Origin: Candidatus Binatia bacterium
GTDB lineage: Bacteria > Desulfobacterota > Binatia > UBA9968 > CAXXLF01
DNA: 64,000 bases
Reading direction: 5' to 3'
Assembly (NCBI GenBank): GCA_963664015.2
Contig: CAXXLF010000002.1
Location: forward strand, 224,001 to 288,000
Part shown: positions 33,287-43,764 of the stretch, piece by piece
How positions within the stretch are numbered: position 1 is the first letter of the stretch
How the letters are laid out: each line of letters opens with the position of its first letter
Position numbers and translations under genes: made by a program
The notes under the pieces: generated by a model
The model's database searches: none
Seen by the model: the letters and a program-made list of their open reading frames with translations, nothing else
What the model was told of the DNA's origin: nothing

Positions 33287-33568
33287 GGGGCTGACTCCTT
33301 CTTTTAAAATTTGCGATCATCATGCTACTTTTCGGTTTCCGGGGAACTATATCCACCGGTATCCTGGCTTGTCAATGTACAAAAGCTATCGCCATTATGC
33401 CTGCTTCGCACCCGGCACCCCCCAGGATGCAGTGAGTTGAAAGTCATCAGAACTCCAGTGTATAGCGGGATGGAGGTACCATCATTGGGTTGCGAAAATA
33501 TTTGAGCCGGTCCAAAATGCATCGGTTCTGCGAGGATAATCGATGTCAAATAGCCGGATTCAATTCCC

Positions 33569-33597
33569 TTGACGCAATCAATAGCTTTTACTACGAT
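33569..33597 (+). promoter_or_regulatory. Sigma70-like promoter
   Basis: TTGACG-N17-TACGAT about 40 bp upstream of the GlcG-like gene. Confidence 0.5.
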
Positions 33598-33637
33598 CCC
33601 ACTCGACCGGTTTTACCTGACCAGAAGGAGGCAAGAT

Positions 33638-34051
33638 ATGCTTACATATGAAATGGCCAAACAAATGGTCAACGCGGCTGTAACCTCAGCCCGCTCCCAA
33701 AATCTCGCTATGACAGTCGTCGTGGTCGATAACTCGGGCATACCCCTTGCTATGGCTAGAATGGACGGGGCCAATTTTCTGGGGCCGGAAGTCAGCCGGG
33801 GCAAGGCCTTTGCCTCCGCAGCATTCAAAGTACCCAGTGCCGACCTGGCTAAACGTGCAGCGGACAATCCGACATTCTTTACCAGCCTGGTCACCCTTTC
33901 CGGGGGTAAGTTCGTCGCAGCCCAGGGCGCCTTGCCCATCAAGATCAATGGTCAGGTCGTGGGAGCCATTGCCGCCAGCGGGAATAAACCTCCCGTAGAT
34001 GAAGATGTGGCGAGAGCGGGTCTTGTCGCAGTCAAAGGAATTGATCCCTAA
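33638..34051 (+). CDS. GlcG/HbpS (DUF336) heme-binding family protein
   Basis: VVVVDNSG, ARMDGA, GKAFAS, GALPI and VGAIAASG..DE motifs. Start MLTYE follows AGGAGG. Confidence 0.88.
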   Translation: MLTYEMAKQMVNAAVTSARSQNLAMTVVVVDNSGIPLAMARMDGANFLGPEVSRGKAFASAAFKVPSADLAKRAADNPTFFTSLVTLSGGKFVAAQGALPIKINGQVVGAIAASGNKPPVDEDVARAGLVAVKGIDP

Positions 34052-34104
34052 CTAGGGGCATAGGGGCAACATGAAAATCAATTCATTTTTCTAAGGAGGA
34101 AATT

Positions 34105-35127
34105 ATGGCATCAACAGTTTATTTCGGTAGCGACAAGGGGGTGCTTGCCGTACAAGGCGAGAATGGTAAGTCGTGGAAGGTTCATTCCCATGGTCTTAAG
34201 GATTGGGCCGTCATCAAGGCCGTTTCTGTCCCAGGGGTTCCTCAGCGTGCCTATGCGGGGACGAGGGGCGACGGTGTCTGGTTGACGGATGACTATGGAG
34301 TCACCTGGAAAAAGCCCTGCTATGGTAAACCCGGACCTGGAAAGGTCAGATGCCTGACCCTCGACCCCCACGATTCCAATGTGATTTATGCGGGGACCGA
34401 ACCCATTGACGTCTTCCTCAGTCGGGATAGCGCCAAGAGTTGGACCCGGACGGATTCCCTACGGGACATCCCCTTTGTCCAATCCGCAGGCTATCCGGTT
34501 CCCACGGTCGAGCCTCATGTAAGGGACATTGCCGTGGACCCAAAGGATTCGAAGACCTTGTATGTCGCGCTCCAGATCGGCCATATCTTCAAGACCACCG
34601 ATGGAGGGCAAAGCTGGAAGCATCTGGACAACGGACTAGATTCGGATGTTCACACAATTGTTATCGACCCGACGAATACGGCTAACCTTTTTTGTGCCAC
34701 CGGCGGCCACGATTTCAGACAAGGCAAGTCCAAGGGTAGAGCCCTGTATCAAAGCACCGATGCCGGTGAAAGCTGGAGCCCCATGTGCAGCGAGTTTACC
34801 CAGGAGTATTCCTTACCCCTGGTGATGCACCCAACGAACTCAAAGATCCTCTACAGCGCGATGGCCAATGGCCAGCCCCGTCAATGGGAGCGACCCACCG
34901 GTGCAGAATCATTGATTGCTAGAACCAAAGACGGCGGTAAAACCTGGGAGAAATTTGACGGTAATGGCTCCGAAATGAGTAAACACTTTGCTTCCGAGAT
35001 TGTGATTGACGGGGAGGACCCCAATCACCTGTACGCAGAGCTCACCAGCGGGGAACTATACCAAAGTGAGGACGGCGGAGACCGATGGGAGAAACTAGAC
35101 GTCAAGCTTCCTGGGGTAACGTTATGA
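34105..35127 (+). CDS. BNR/Asp-box beta-propeller protein, no signal peptide (copy 2)
   Basis: Close paralogue of 21582-22622 (KPCYGK.GPGKVR, YAGTEPID, EPHVR, DVH, TGGHD, EFTQEYS). Confidence 0.88.
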   Translation: MASTVYFGSDKGVLAVQGENGKSWKVHSHGLKDWAVIKAVSVPGVPQRAYAGTRGDGVWLTDDYGVTWKKPCYGKPGPGKVRCLTLDPHDSNVIYAGTEPIDVFLSRDSAKSWTRTDSLRDIPFVQSAGYPVPTVEPHVRDIAVDPKDSKTLYVALQIGHIFKTTDGGQSWKHLDNGLDSDVHTIVIDPTNTANLFCATGGHDFRQGKSKGRALYQSTDAGESWSPMCSEFTQEYSLPLVMHPTNSKILYSAMANGQPRQWERPTGAESLIARTKDGGKTWEKFDGNGSEMSKHFASEIVIDGEDPNHLYAELTSGELYQSEDGGDRWEKLDVKLPGVTL

Positions 35128-35151
35128 TAGATCGAGCTCACGTTTGTTGAG

Positions 35152-35900
35152 CTATGAGGGAGATGAAAGCCCCCTGGTTTTAAGGCTCTCTTTAGCGAAG
35201 CTAAGATCCCACATTAAAAGGGGATTAAAATCCCCCAATTCGGGAGAACTGCCCAATCTCATCCTATGGGTATTGGCAATGGCCTGTGCGCTTGGAATCG
35301 GATAGTCGGGTAGTTCCTCTTTGAGGATCTCGTAAACCCGAATCAAACGAGCTTTGTCATCGATTTTCATCAGTGTCATAGGTTCTTTGCCCATAATCTC
35401 CAAGGTTCGACGTTCGTCGTTTTTGAAAAGATGGGAAGCGTCAAATGCGGCATCGACAAGGCATTGAACGTTCTGCCTCCTACGCTGTGTGAGATCTTCC
35501 GTCACCGTCAGAGTGACGTTGCCCAGGACTCCATAGGGCTCGATCGGAATGTGTTTTAACCCGGCTTGTAACGGTTCATCGGCGTAGAGATTGGTGACAA
35601 AGCAGCCGTGGCACTCCCCCTGAAGCACTTTCTTCCAGTTCCCCCACCTGCCCACTTCCGCCTCGGGAACGATTACCCGTTCTACTTCTTTTGCCAGGCC
35701 TATATCCTTCAACCAAAGGCCGGGAATGAGCTCCGAGGGTCCTACCTTTCGAATTGCAAATTTCTTATCTCGTGTGTTGTCTTACCGGCTTGTTGTCCTA
35801 ACGATCTAGTGTACCCGGGAATTACTAGCTCTTAGCCGAAGATAGTCTCTTTGGTCAGATCTGGTCTCTAAAATTCGCGGCTCGATGCACATCCCGGCTA
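35152..35900 (-). pseudogene. NitT/TauT-type binding-protein-fold gene, 5' part disrupted
   Basis: C-terminus (PIPSAQAIAN...FNPLLMWDLSF) matches the intact paralogue at 52627-53562. The upstream part is broken. Confidence 0.65.
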
Positions 35901-35941
35901 GTTGGACGATCGAAGGCAGGACGATAATCGATCTCTCCTGC

Positions 35942-37270
35942 TTACCTCCCGGGTGCAGATTGGTTGATGCCAGGGATAATTTTTCTGAGTTCTTTCGTCC
36001 CTTCAACCCAATCCGTATGCTTGGGAAATACCGCGGCCGCGCCCCGGACTCGATAGATTGAAGGCTCCTGGGATCCCGGTGCCGGTATTCCTTCTGTCAA
36101 CGAGACCTTGGCCGAATCGATGAGGCGGTGACGTACCCGTATAATCGCTGCATCCGTTGTGCCGAGATGCTCCTTGGTCCGGTCGTATATGGGACCCATC
36201 CCTTCCTGTACGGCGGCGTCCTGGGCCCAGAACTCGGGAATACCGGAAAAGAACTTGGTTTGCTGAAGGGAGCGGTCAAAAAAATAATCGTTTTCAGCGC
36301 GACCCTTCGGCCGCCATGCCCCGCCGGGTTCCGTGCTAGGAGGGAGGAAATGTTCATCACCGACAAAGCCCGCTCCAGCACCGTTGCGCATCCGGGAGAT
36401 CTCCATTTCTGTAAGGGGACGCAAGGGATGAAAGTTGGCAGAGAACAAGATGGTTGTCTCGTCATCCACTGGGATCCATGCGCGGCTCTGCCGCGTAGGA
36501 TTTTCCCCGTAGGGCCCGGTCATGGTGTGAAAGGGAAAGAGGAATTGGGTGATGCGGCAGTAAACTGAGTCTTTACCCACTTCACGGCTTGCACCGATCA
36601 GGACTCCGTATTCCGTATCCGTGGCCTGAAAACGCGGATGGGTATCCAATTTCCTCCATAGATCCACGCCTTTTCCATCTCCAACCCCCTGCTTGAGCTG
36701 GGTATTCGAGGCGTGAAGGAAAGAATTATGGCTCTGATCAATGTCTCCTTCCAAGGCCTGCGCGAAATTGCAGTTCTGAACACGTTTGGCCAAGTAGCGT
36801 TGATCTTCAAGCACCATATTCCATTCCAGGTCCGGCAACGATGGCACTGGATCGACTCGACCCATGTACGTCCAGATGACTCCTCCACGTTCGCGGCATG
36901 GATAGGCAATATGCTGGATCTTGTCCCTAAAGTTACTCTCCGGTGGCTCATTGGGCATGTCCATGCACTTACCGTCGACATCAAATTTCCACCCGTGATA
37001 AATACAACGCAACCCACCTTCTTCATTCCGTCCGTAGTAAAGGGGGGCCCCACGGTGGGGGCAATGAGCCCCTAGCATTCCGATCTTCCCGTTGCTGTCA
37101 CGGAAAGCTACCAGATTCTCGCCCAGAAGCCTTACTCTCAGTGTAGCGCCATCGCCCTTGGGTAATTCGGAAGAGAGCAGTCCGGGGATCCAGTATTGGC
37201 GCATTAATTCTCCCATAAGAGTTCCCGGACCGACCCTGCAGAGCTGCTCGTTCTCTTCCTGTGTAAGCAT
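35942..37270 (-). CDS. Rieske non-heme iron oxygenase alpha subunit (phthalate 4,5-dioxygenase/LigXa-like)
   Basis: VGPGT.MG..MRQYW, CPH...CIYH Rieske motif, DQSH..FLH and QDAAVQE. Confidence 0.92.
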   Translation of the reverse strand: MLTQEENEQLCRVGPGTLMGELMRQYWIPGLLSSELPKGDGATLRVRLLGENLVAFRDSNGKIGMLGAHCPHRGAPLYYGRNEEGGLRCIYHGWKFDVDGKCMDMPNEPPESNFRDKIQHIAYPCRERGGVIWTYMGRVDPVPSLPDLEWNMVLEDQRYLAKRVQNCNFAQALEGDIDQSHNSFLHASNTQLKQGVGDGKGVDLWRKLDTHPRFQATDTEYGVLIGASREVGKDSVYCRITQFLFPFHTMTGPYGENPTRQSRAWIPVDDETTILFSANFHPLRPLTEMEISRMRNGAGAGFVGDEHFLPPSTEPGGAWRPKGRAENDYFFDRSLQQTKFFSGIPEFWAQDAAVQEGMGPIYDRTKEHLGTTDAAIIRVRHRLIDSAKVSLTEGIPAPGSQEPSIYRVRGAAAVFPKHTDWVEGTKELRKIIPGINQSAPGR

Positions 37271-37295
37271 TTTCTAATTCCTCCAGATTGACTAC

Positions 37296-37790
37296 TTACC
37301 AGTACGCAAATCCCATCGCACAGCCCACCCCGGTAGTGGTCCGGTAGAGGGGTGCGTAATCAACCATGGTAGCAGGGCGATCGGCAGCTGCGGCCGTAAC
37401 GATCCAGTTCCTAATCTCTGAAGTCCCCTCGATTAACACACTAGAGCGCGAGGATTTCTGGTGCACCATCTCATTTTTCCCCCAGGCCTTCATAAAACCG
37501 TCATGCAACGTCTCGTCAATTTTCGTGTGCCTGAGGCCGCCCGAACCAATAACCACCACCCGAGTTCGATCGGGAAACTTTCCAATCGCGCTAGACAACG
37601 CTCGACCGAACTCGACGCATCTCCTTGCTGAAGGTGCCGGTGAATAGTAAGTGTTGACCATAATCGGGACCACAGGGTAACGGGCATGGGGTGTCAGAAA
37701 CTTGAGCACCCGCGCAAAGGCATGTCTCATTCCGCCTTCATAACGAGTTTGTCTGGAATCGGCAGGATCAAATCCCATTTCTATAATTCG
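37296..37790 (-). pseudogene. LigB-type extradiol dioxygenase, C-terminal fragment
   Basis: GMRHAF, VVPIMVN, GSGGLRH and GTSEIRNWI motifs. The N-terminal half is absent. Confidence 0.75.
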
Positions 37791-38234
37791 ATTCAAGCTG
37801 TAGTACTTGCAGCGGCGCTGATTAATGCCTGGAGTTGGCCTTTACGTGCATCCATTATCATTCTCGTTCTGGGAAGTATCGGTCTGATTCTGGTCGTGGC
37901 TCAATTCGTTCTTGACTACGGAAGGGCGGATGGAGACGTATCAAGTAAACTAGACTATGAGATACCCTCTTTCGACGATACCGACTCGAAGACAATCCAC
38001 AGGGGGGACATGGAGATCTGAGCCTGGCTCTTGGGTCTTCTGATTGTGACAAACTTGATCGGAATGCCTATCGCGCTACCCCTATTTGTTTTTGCCTATG
38101 CAAAATTTTATGGGGCCAAATGGCTCATCTCATTAACGCTGGCTTCCCTTATCGCGGGTTTTGAATATGCCTTCTATGAACGGATTATACACGTTTACTG
38201 GCCTGAACCGCTTATACTGGAGCTTTTCCGCTAA
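37790..38234 (+). pseudogene. Tripartite tricarboxylate transporter TctB-like C-terminal fragment
   Basis: Hydrophobic helices ending FYERIIHVYWPEPL. In-frame TGA at 38019. No 5' end. Confidence 0.6.
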
Positions 38235-38284
38235 GTTGTGACATGAGCGTCTACGACGATTCACCGTTCTCTATCGAATTTTTC

Positions 38285-40018
38285 CTAACTTGCCTGTATT
38301 CCCACTTTGAGACCAAAAGACCTGGCTACGATAGCCAACCCAAGGGTTAGTATGATAATTAAGCTGATCGTTATACTCGCCTGCTCATAGTATCCGTATC
38401 CAATCTGCTCCAGGGTTAACAAAGATAGAGTCCATGTATGGGAGGTGGCTAGCAGAATAATACTCGACGTGTGTTGAGCAGCGAACATAAATTTTAGCAC
38501 CCCTATCAAGACCATGGTCTGGGCCATTAAAGGGATGACGATCTTGAAATAGGTCTTCCAAAAACCCGCTCCCGACATACGGGACGCCTCCTCCAGTTCC
38601 TTGCCCAGTTGAATGAAGTTTGATTTCAAAACCTGGGTTGAGATAGTAATGCCACCCAGGACCGTGGCCAGCGTTAAAAGGAAAAGGGAACCGTAAAAAG
38701 GACGAAAAAAAGGCGTCCCAAGAAACATCCACAGGAGCCCGAGCCCCGCTAGGATTCCAGGAATCGCCGACGGGATCCAACAGATAGAATCCAGCAACCC
38801 GCGTCCGGGGAGCTGTGTGCGCACAATCACATACGCGACCAGAGAAAAGACCAATGGGCCGATAATGGCCGCCATGCCCGCGACAATAAGAGTATTCTTG
38901 AATGCGAGCAAGAGGCCCGAATCGTTCAGCGCCAGATACCAGTACTCCAAGGTCCAGACCTGGGGTAAATCAAAAAACCCGAAATGAACCATAAAGCTAC
39001 TTCCGATCACGCTCAGGGTCGGGATAATGACCAGCAGACAAACTACGAAAAATACAAATATCGTTCCGGGAATCCTCCACCCTTCAAGATCAACCAGTTT
39101 TGCCTTGAACTGCCCGGTTACCGTTGTAAATTGGCGTCGATTAATCAACCAGCGCTGCAGTGGAATAAATATCGCCAGAAAAATCAGGGTTATACTTCCA
39201 AGGGCCGCCGCCTGGTTCAATAGGGGAGGATCTTGCTTGGCCATATCGACGATTTTTGTCGAGTAAACGTAGAAACCCCAGGGTGCCCCCAGCAAGAGCT
39301 CGGTTTCAAAGGTACTGAACATTCGGATCAGGCTCAACAAAAACACCACCACCAATGCCGGCGTCATTACGGGCATGGTAATACGCAGCATGGTTGTCCA
39401 GGTATTACCACCCATCATCCGGCTCGCTTCCTCCAATGTTGAATCCATTCTCCGAAATGCCGGGGTAAGGAGCATAACCTTTATAGAGATACCATTGGCC
39501 ATGAGATGAGCCCAAATTATTCCCCAGAAGGAGTAAATGTTAAAGGTAACATCCTTTAAAAACGGTATTCCATGAATCCATCTGTTAATTAGTCCGGAAC
39601 TAGGGTCCAGAAGCATGATCCAGCCGAAGGTAGTGGCCAGGCTGGGCAGAAGAAAAGAGACCCAGAACATGAACTCAAACCCTTTTGCAAAGCGCATATC
39701 GGTACGGGCAATCAGCCATGAAATGAGTATGGCAACGGGAAATGCAATGGACTGATATATCACCGCGACCTTGATGGTATTCCAGAGGGACACCCACAGC
39801 TCGGGGTCTCCAAATGCCGCTCGCCACGGCGCGAAGCTGTAGACCGGATCGTCGGCAATGGAAGCCACATTGAAGCTATTGATGAGAATCAGGATTAGAG
39901 GATAAAGTATGTAAAATCCGAGAGTCCCCAAAAGGACTATCATTAAAAACAGCCCGCGGTTAATCTGAAGATCAAAAGGCAGTGCTATCCTTGATGTACC
40001 AGCAGCCGGCTCATTCAT
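38285..40018 (-). CDS. FbpB-type ABC permease (intact)
   Basis: 577 aa with two EAA loops (DSTLEEASRMMG, KELEEASRMSGA). Confidence 0.92.
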   Translation of the reverse strand: MNEPAAGTSRIALPFDLQINRGLFLMIVLLGTLGFYILYPLILILINSFNVASIADDPVYSFAPWRAAFGDPELWVSLWNTIKVAVIYQSIAFPVAILISWLIARTDMRFAKGFEFMFWVSFLLPSLATTFGWIMLLDPSSGLINRWIHGIPFLKDVTFNIYSFWGIIWAHLMANGISIKVMLLTPAFRRMDSTLEEASRMMGGNTWTTMLRITMPVMTPALVVVFLLSLIRMFSTFETELLLGAPWGFYVYSTKIVDMAKQDPPLLNQAAALGSITLIFLAIFIPLQRWLINRRQFTTVTGQFKAKLVDLEGWRIPGTIFVFFVVCLLVIIPTLSVIGSSFMVHFGFFDLPQVWTLEYWYLALNDSGLLLAFKNTLIVAGMAAIIGPLVFSLVAYVIVRTQLPGRGLLDSICWIPSAIPGILAGLGLLWMFLGTPFFRPFYGSLFLLTLATVLGGITISTQVLKSNFIQLGKELEEASRMSGAGFWKTYFKIVIPLMAQTMVLIGVLKFMFAAQHTSSIILLATSHTWTLSLLTLEQIGYGYYEQASITISLIIILTLGLAIVARSFGLKVGIQAS

Positions 40019-40075
40019 GGTTGGTTTTTTCCGTGATTCACACCTTGCCTGGCCTAGAGAGACTATAGAGGGAGA

Positions 40076-41023
40076 CTATAAATAGATAACCTTGGGCTCC
40101 TCGGGTTCGGGAAAGCTCCGTTCCTCCTCGAGAACCGCTTGGGATAGGTCGATTCCGGTCATCTTCTCGTATACGGTCCCGATGGCATCGGGGCTCGGCG
40201 TACGGGCCAACCCCTGCGCCCGCCCCGCCTCTTGAACCTGATGGGCGTGTGAGGTGAAGGGTAGTGGAAGCTGCAAGTCTGCGGCGACTTTCAATGCCTG
40301 GCGAAGGTCCTTGTAGCTATTGCTCAATGCACCTCCATAGTTTTTCTTCCTCTTGAAGAACTGCGCAATCCGAGAGGCCGACTCATTAGAACCCGTACCA
40401 CGCTGCACTTCAAGAAACAGCCTGGGCTCGATCCCCTGGGCGGCAAGCCAGGTTAGGATCTCGGTTACGATTATGGAGTTGGCCGTAGCCATCATGATGA
40501 CCCCAATTTTTAGGGATTTTGGCATCCACGGCTCGGGAAGACAGAGGACCTTCTGGGCTAGATCCTTCAAGATAGACTCGCATCCAGCAATGGTTTCTCG
40601 ATTTCCGCCGATGACAATGGACAGAAGACCTTTGGGAATAGTGACCGCCGGTGCCCCATCCGCATGAAGGGTTCCCCCTAGGAATTCGCCCCCCCGTTCT
40701 TTGACCTTTTTCTGCAAGTCCCGCGCGCAATCGGGGTCGGTCCCGCTCAAGTCGATCAAGAGGGATCCGGGACGGATTCCTGCAAGGATGCCCTGTTCCC
40801 CTTCAACGGCCGCCATCACCTCGACGGACGACGGGAGGGCCGTGATCGTTACATCTGTCGTGGCCTCCCGTGCCGAAGCCACCGGTGTTGCTCCGAGTTT
40901 CCCCATGGCGGCCATAGCTTGGGGATTAAGATCGTAAACATCAAGCTGATGGCCCTTATCAAGGAGTCTTCGGCCCAAGGGTCCGCCAGCGTTTCCCAAT
41001 CCAATTAAACCAATCCGACTCAT
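40076..41023 (-). CDS. 3-hydroxyisobutyrate/6-phosphogluconate dehydrogenase-like NAD(P)-dependent oxidoreductase
   Basis: IGLIGLGNAG, LIDLSG, and KDL..A in the C-terminal helical domain. Confidence 0.85.
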   Translation of the reverse strand: MSRIGLIGLGNAGGPLGRRLLDKGHQLDVYDLNPQAMAAMGKLGATPVASAREATTDVTITALPSSVEVMAAVEGEQGILAGIRPGSLLIDLSGTDPDCARDLQKKVKERGGEFLGGTLHADGAPAVTIPKGLLSIVIGGNRETIAGCESILKDLAQKVLCLPEPWMPKSLKIGVIMMATANSIIVTEILTWLAAQGIEPRLFLEVQRGTGSNESASRIAQFFKRKKNYGGALSNSYKDLRQALKVAADLQLPLPFTSHAHQVQEAGRAQGLARTPSPDAIGTVYEKMTGIDLSQAVLEEERSFPEPEEPKVIYL

Positions 41024-41042
41024 TATTTTTCTCTTCTTTCTG

Positions 41043-42170
41043 TTATTGTCTTTTTCTCTTTATTGCTGCAGTAACAATTTCACGAACTTCCGCAAGCTGC
41101 TTACGGTCATAAACCTTTGCTTGATTGATGTAGAAATAGGGTTTGCCTTCTTTGGGCACTATCTCTTGCGGTAGATAATCCTTGGGAATATCTCGGCGCA
41201 GGGAAGCAATGGGATGTCCCTTCAACTTCTGCCAGGTGGTCTGTCCTTCTTTGGACAGAAGCCAATTAACAAAGACTGTGCTTGCATTGGGGTGAGGCGC
41301 ATTGTTGAGAACCCCCATGCAACAGTAACCACCCTCCATGATCTCTCCTTCCTTAAGAGCATGAGGGAGTATGCTGATGGGAAGGCCTTTATTCTTTGCT
41401 CGATAAATGGAACCACTGGTCCCGCCTATATATATGGGGAACTTCCCCAGGCCCACCCAGTTGACCCCCTGGCGGAGGTTTCTCGTAAAGGTGATATCCA
41501 TTTCATTGTAAAAACGAGACAGGAACTTAGGACCTAGAGATGGGGTGTGGTAGATAAAAAGGATTACAGTAGTCAGCGCCGGGTCGGAGGAATGGTATTG
41601 AAGGATTTTTCCCTTCCACTTGGGGTTCATAAGATCCTTTACCGACTTGATCTCATCGGGATTCACCATGTTCGTGTTGATGGCGATCGCCGGAGACACA
41701 TACGCGGTGGCACTCAATACGTACTTTTCTTCCTGGTCGATGAAATGGTGTTTTCCGCCCCACCATTTGGAGGGATCGGATACCTCCGGGAGGATCAATA
41801 AGGGACCCATTGGCTCAAACTCTTTCCGGAAGTGACTCACAAATGCGGTCTTCCCCCCCATCACGATATCAGCAAGAAATTTATTGGCGCGACGTTCGGA
41901 AAGGATGCGGATGGCGTGGCCGACTCCACCACCGGGTGTGAAATTTATTTTGATCCCTGGAAATCGTTTCTCAAATGTCGCGTTCAGTTTCCGGTAGCGG
42001 GGATTATACCCGCCAAACAGGTTAACTGTTCCTTCTTTTATTCCAGCTGCAACTGTCTTCTTCCAGTCATCTTCCCAACCTGCAGAGGCTACCCCAGACA
42101 CTGACAGGGTTACTAGAAATGCTGCAACCAGGCTACCCGTATAGAATTTACCTTTAGGACTGAAATTCAT
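41043..42170 (-). CDS. ABC substrate-binding protein (intact)
   Basis: Signal peptide, W..TVAAGIKEG, DLMNPKWKGK and APHPNA..FVNWLLSKEGQ. Confidence 0.9.
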   Translation of the reverse strand: MNFSPKGKFYTGSLVAAFLVTLSVSGVASAGWEDDWKKTVAAGIKEGTVNLFGGYNPRYRKLNATFEKRFPGIKINFTPGGGVGHAIRILSERRANKFLADIVMGGKTAFVSHFRKEFEPMGPLLILPEVSDPSKWWGGKHHFIDQEEKYVLSATAYVSPAIAINTNMVNPDEIKSVKDLMNPKWKGKILQYHSSDPALTTVILFIYHTPSLGPKFLSRFYNEMDITFTRNLRQGVNWVGLGKFPIYIGGTSGSIYRAKNKGLPISILPHALKEGEIMEGGYCCMGVLNNAPHPNASTVFVNWLLSKEGQTTWQKLKGHPIASLRRDIPKDYLPQEIVPKEGKPYFYINQAKVYDRKQLAEVREIVTAAIKRKRQ

Positions 42171-42436
42171 ATGACACCTCCTATTTGGTTAGAATCGAAG
42201 CCTTCCGCGGCCAATTAATCCATACTTGATCGCGTACCGCGCTCTTCTCCCCCCCTTTTGAATACGGACCCCAAGATTCATTAAATTCGCTTATTATTTT
42301 TAAGGATACAGAATCTTCCGGATGCGAACTCAACCGGGGTGAGCATATTTACTTTCGATGATTCCGTCAAGCCTCAAAACGATCGGAAATTCCGTAAGAA
42401 TAAAAAGCTTTTTATGTAGAAAAAGGCAGGAAGAAA

Positions 42437-43616
42437 TCAAATCTGGCGTATACCGCCGCTAAGGGTCCAGATCCGTCGTGGAAATTTAGACGTCGGGTCA
42501 AGAATTTCATCCAGAGCAGTATCGATAGTTTGGGATCCATCTCGATAAACACCAATGGGATCAATATCTTGCTGGACTTTTTTAATCTCTCGTATCAACA
42601 TGTCACGAAACATAATGATCCCCTTATCCGAGGTTGCCAAACGTTCTTGTGTTCGGTCAGCGATGGGCCCAGCGGTCTCCCAGGTCATGGTGTCTTGGGC
42701 CAACGGCTTGTGCATTGTGTAGCGGGTACGTGGATAAACCCCATTGGGGGGATCCTTGAATGGCTCCATATAGGTTACCAGCACGTCCTCCCTATCACTA
42801 ATCGCGTTGCCATTTTCCAACGGCTCGAAGATTACATGAACATGCCAGGTATGAGTGTCATCAATGGGAACACGAAATTGGGTAGTGTTAGCTTGTCTCA
42901 AATTATTAGGGAAGATCAACGGATGATTATCCTGACGTCCGTCCTTAAAGCACCGTTTTTTCATTATACCGTAAGGTACTTCCTCAAACTCAACCGAATC
43001 CACCTCATCGATATAGCCCCTTGTCCTACTGGGTGCTTTACGGGTCCAGGTGGTATCCAAATGGAGGATCTGTAAATGTGCAGGGTCAACCGAATTCTCC
43101 ATGGACTGGAGCCAATTACAGTCAATAACGTTGTACACCACCACGCCTCTCCGACCGTCGGTTCTTTCCCAGATATCCAGCGGAGGTATCATGGGAGCGG
43201 GTTGCGGTCCCAAATAAGCCCAATAGAATCCAACATATTTACGGACCGGATAGGCTTTTTGTTTAACGGTGAGATGAAATTTACTATCGGCTGGTTCCGC
43301 AGGTGTTTCCAAACACCTACCTTGGGAATCGAAAAGCCACCCATGATAGGCGCACGCAAGCCCTCGCTCTTCCACCCGGCCATAGGAAAGTGAGGCCCCA
43401 CGGTGGGGACAGCGGTCTTCCAGGAGACCTACGTTTCCCGAGCGATCGAGGAAAAGGACCAGATTCTCACCGAGGATTCGCACAAACTTGGTTGGATTTT
43501 CAGGCGTCAACTCGGCCCCAACAGCAACGGGCTGCCAATACCTGCGTAACAACTCTCCCGCGGGTGTCCCGGGACCCACCCGGGTTCAACATTTCGTTCT
43601 CTTCTCTTGTTATCAT
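42437..43616 (-). pseudogene. Rieske oxygenase alpha subunit, +1 frameshift near the start
   Basis: ATG 43616 (MITREENEML) is out of frame by one base with VGPGTPAGELLRRYW. The rest is intact (CPH/CAYH, DPAH..LH). A GTG restart at 43579 is possible. Confidence 0.75.
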
Positions 43617-43764
43617 CGACTCATCGCAGCCTAGCTCACCGTCATGGGCAAACCCTACTTACTTAGGATTCGCAATAAATTCACTGACCTCTTGATTGTC
43701 GAGAGGGTCGTATTTCGTGGAGGAGCCGGTATTTTTACGTCCACCGACTTCCCTTAACCGACGC

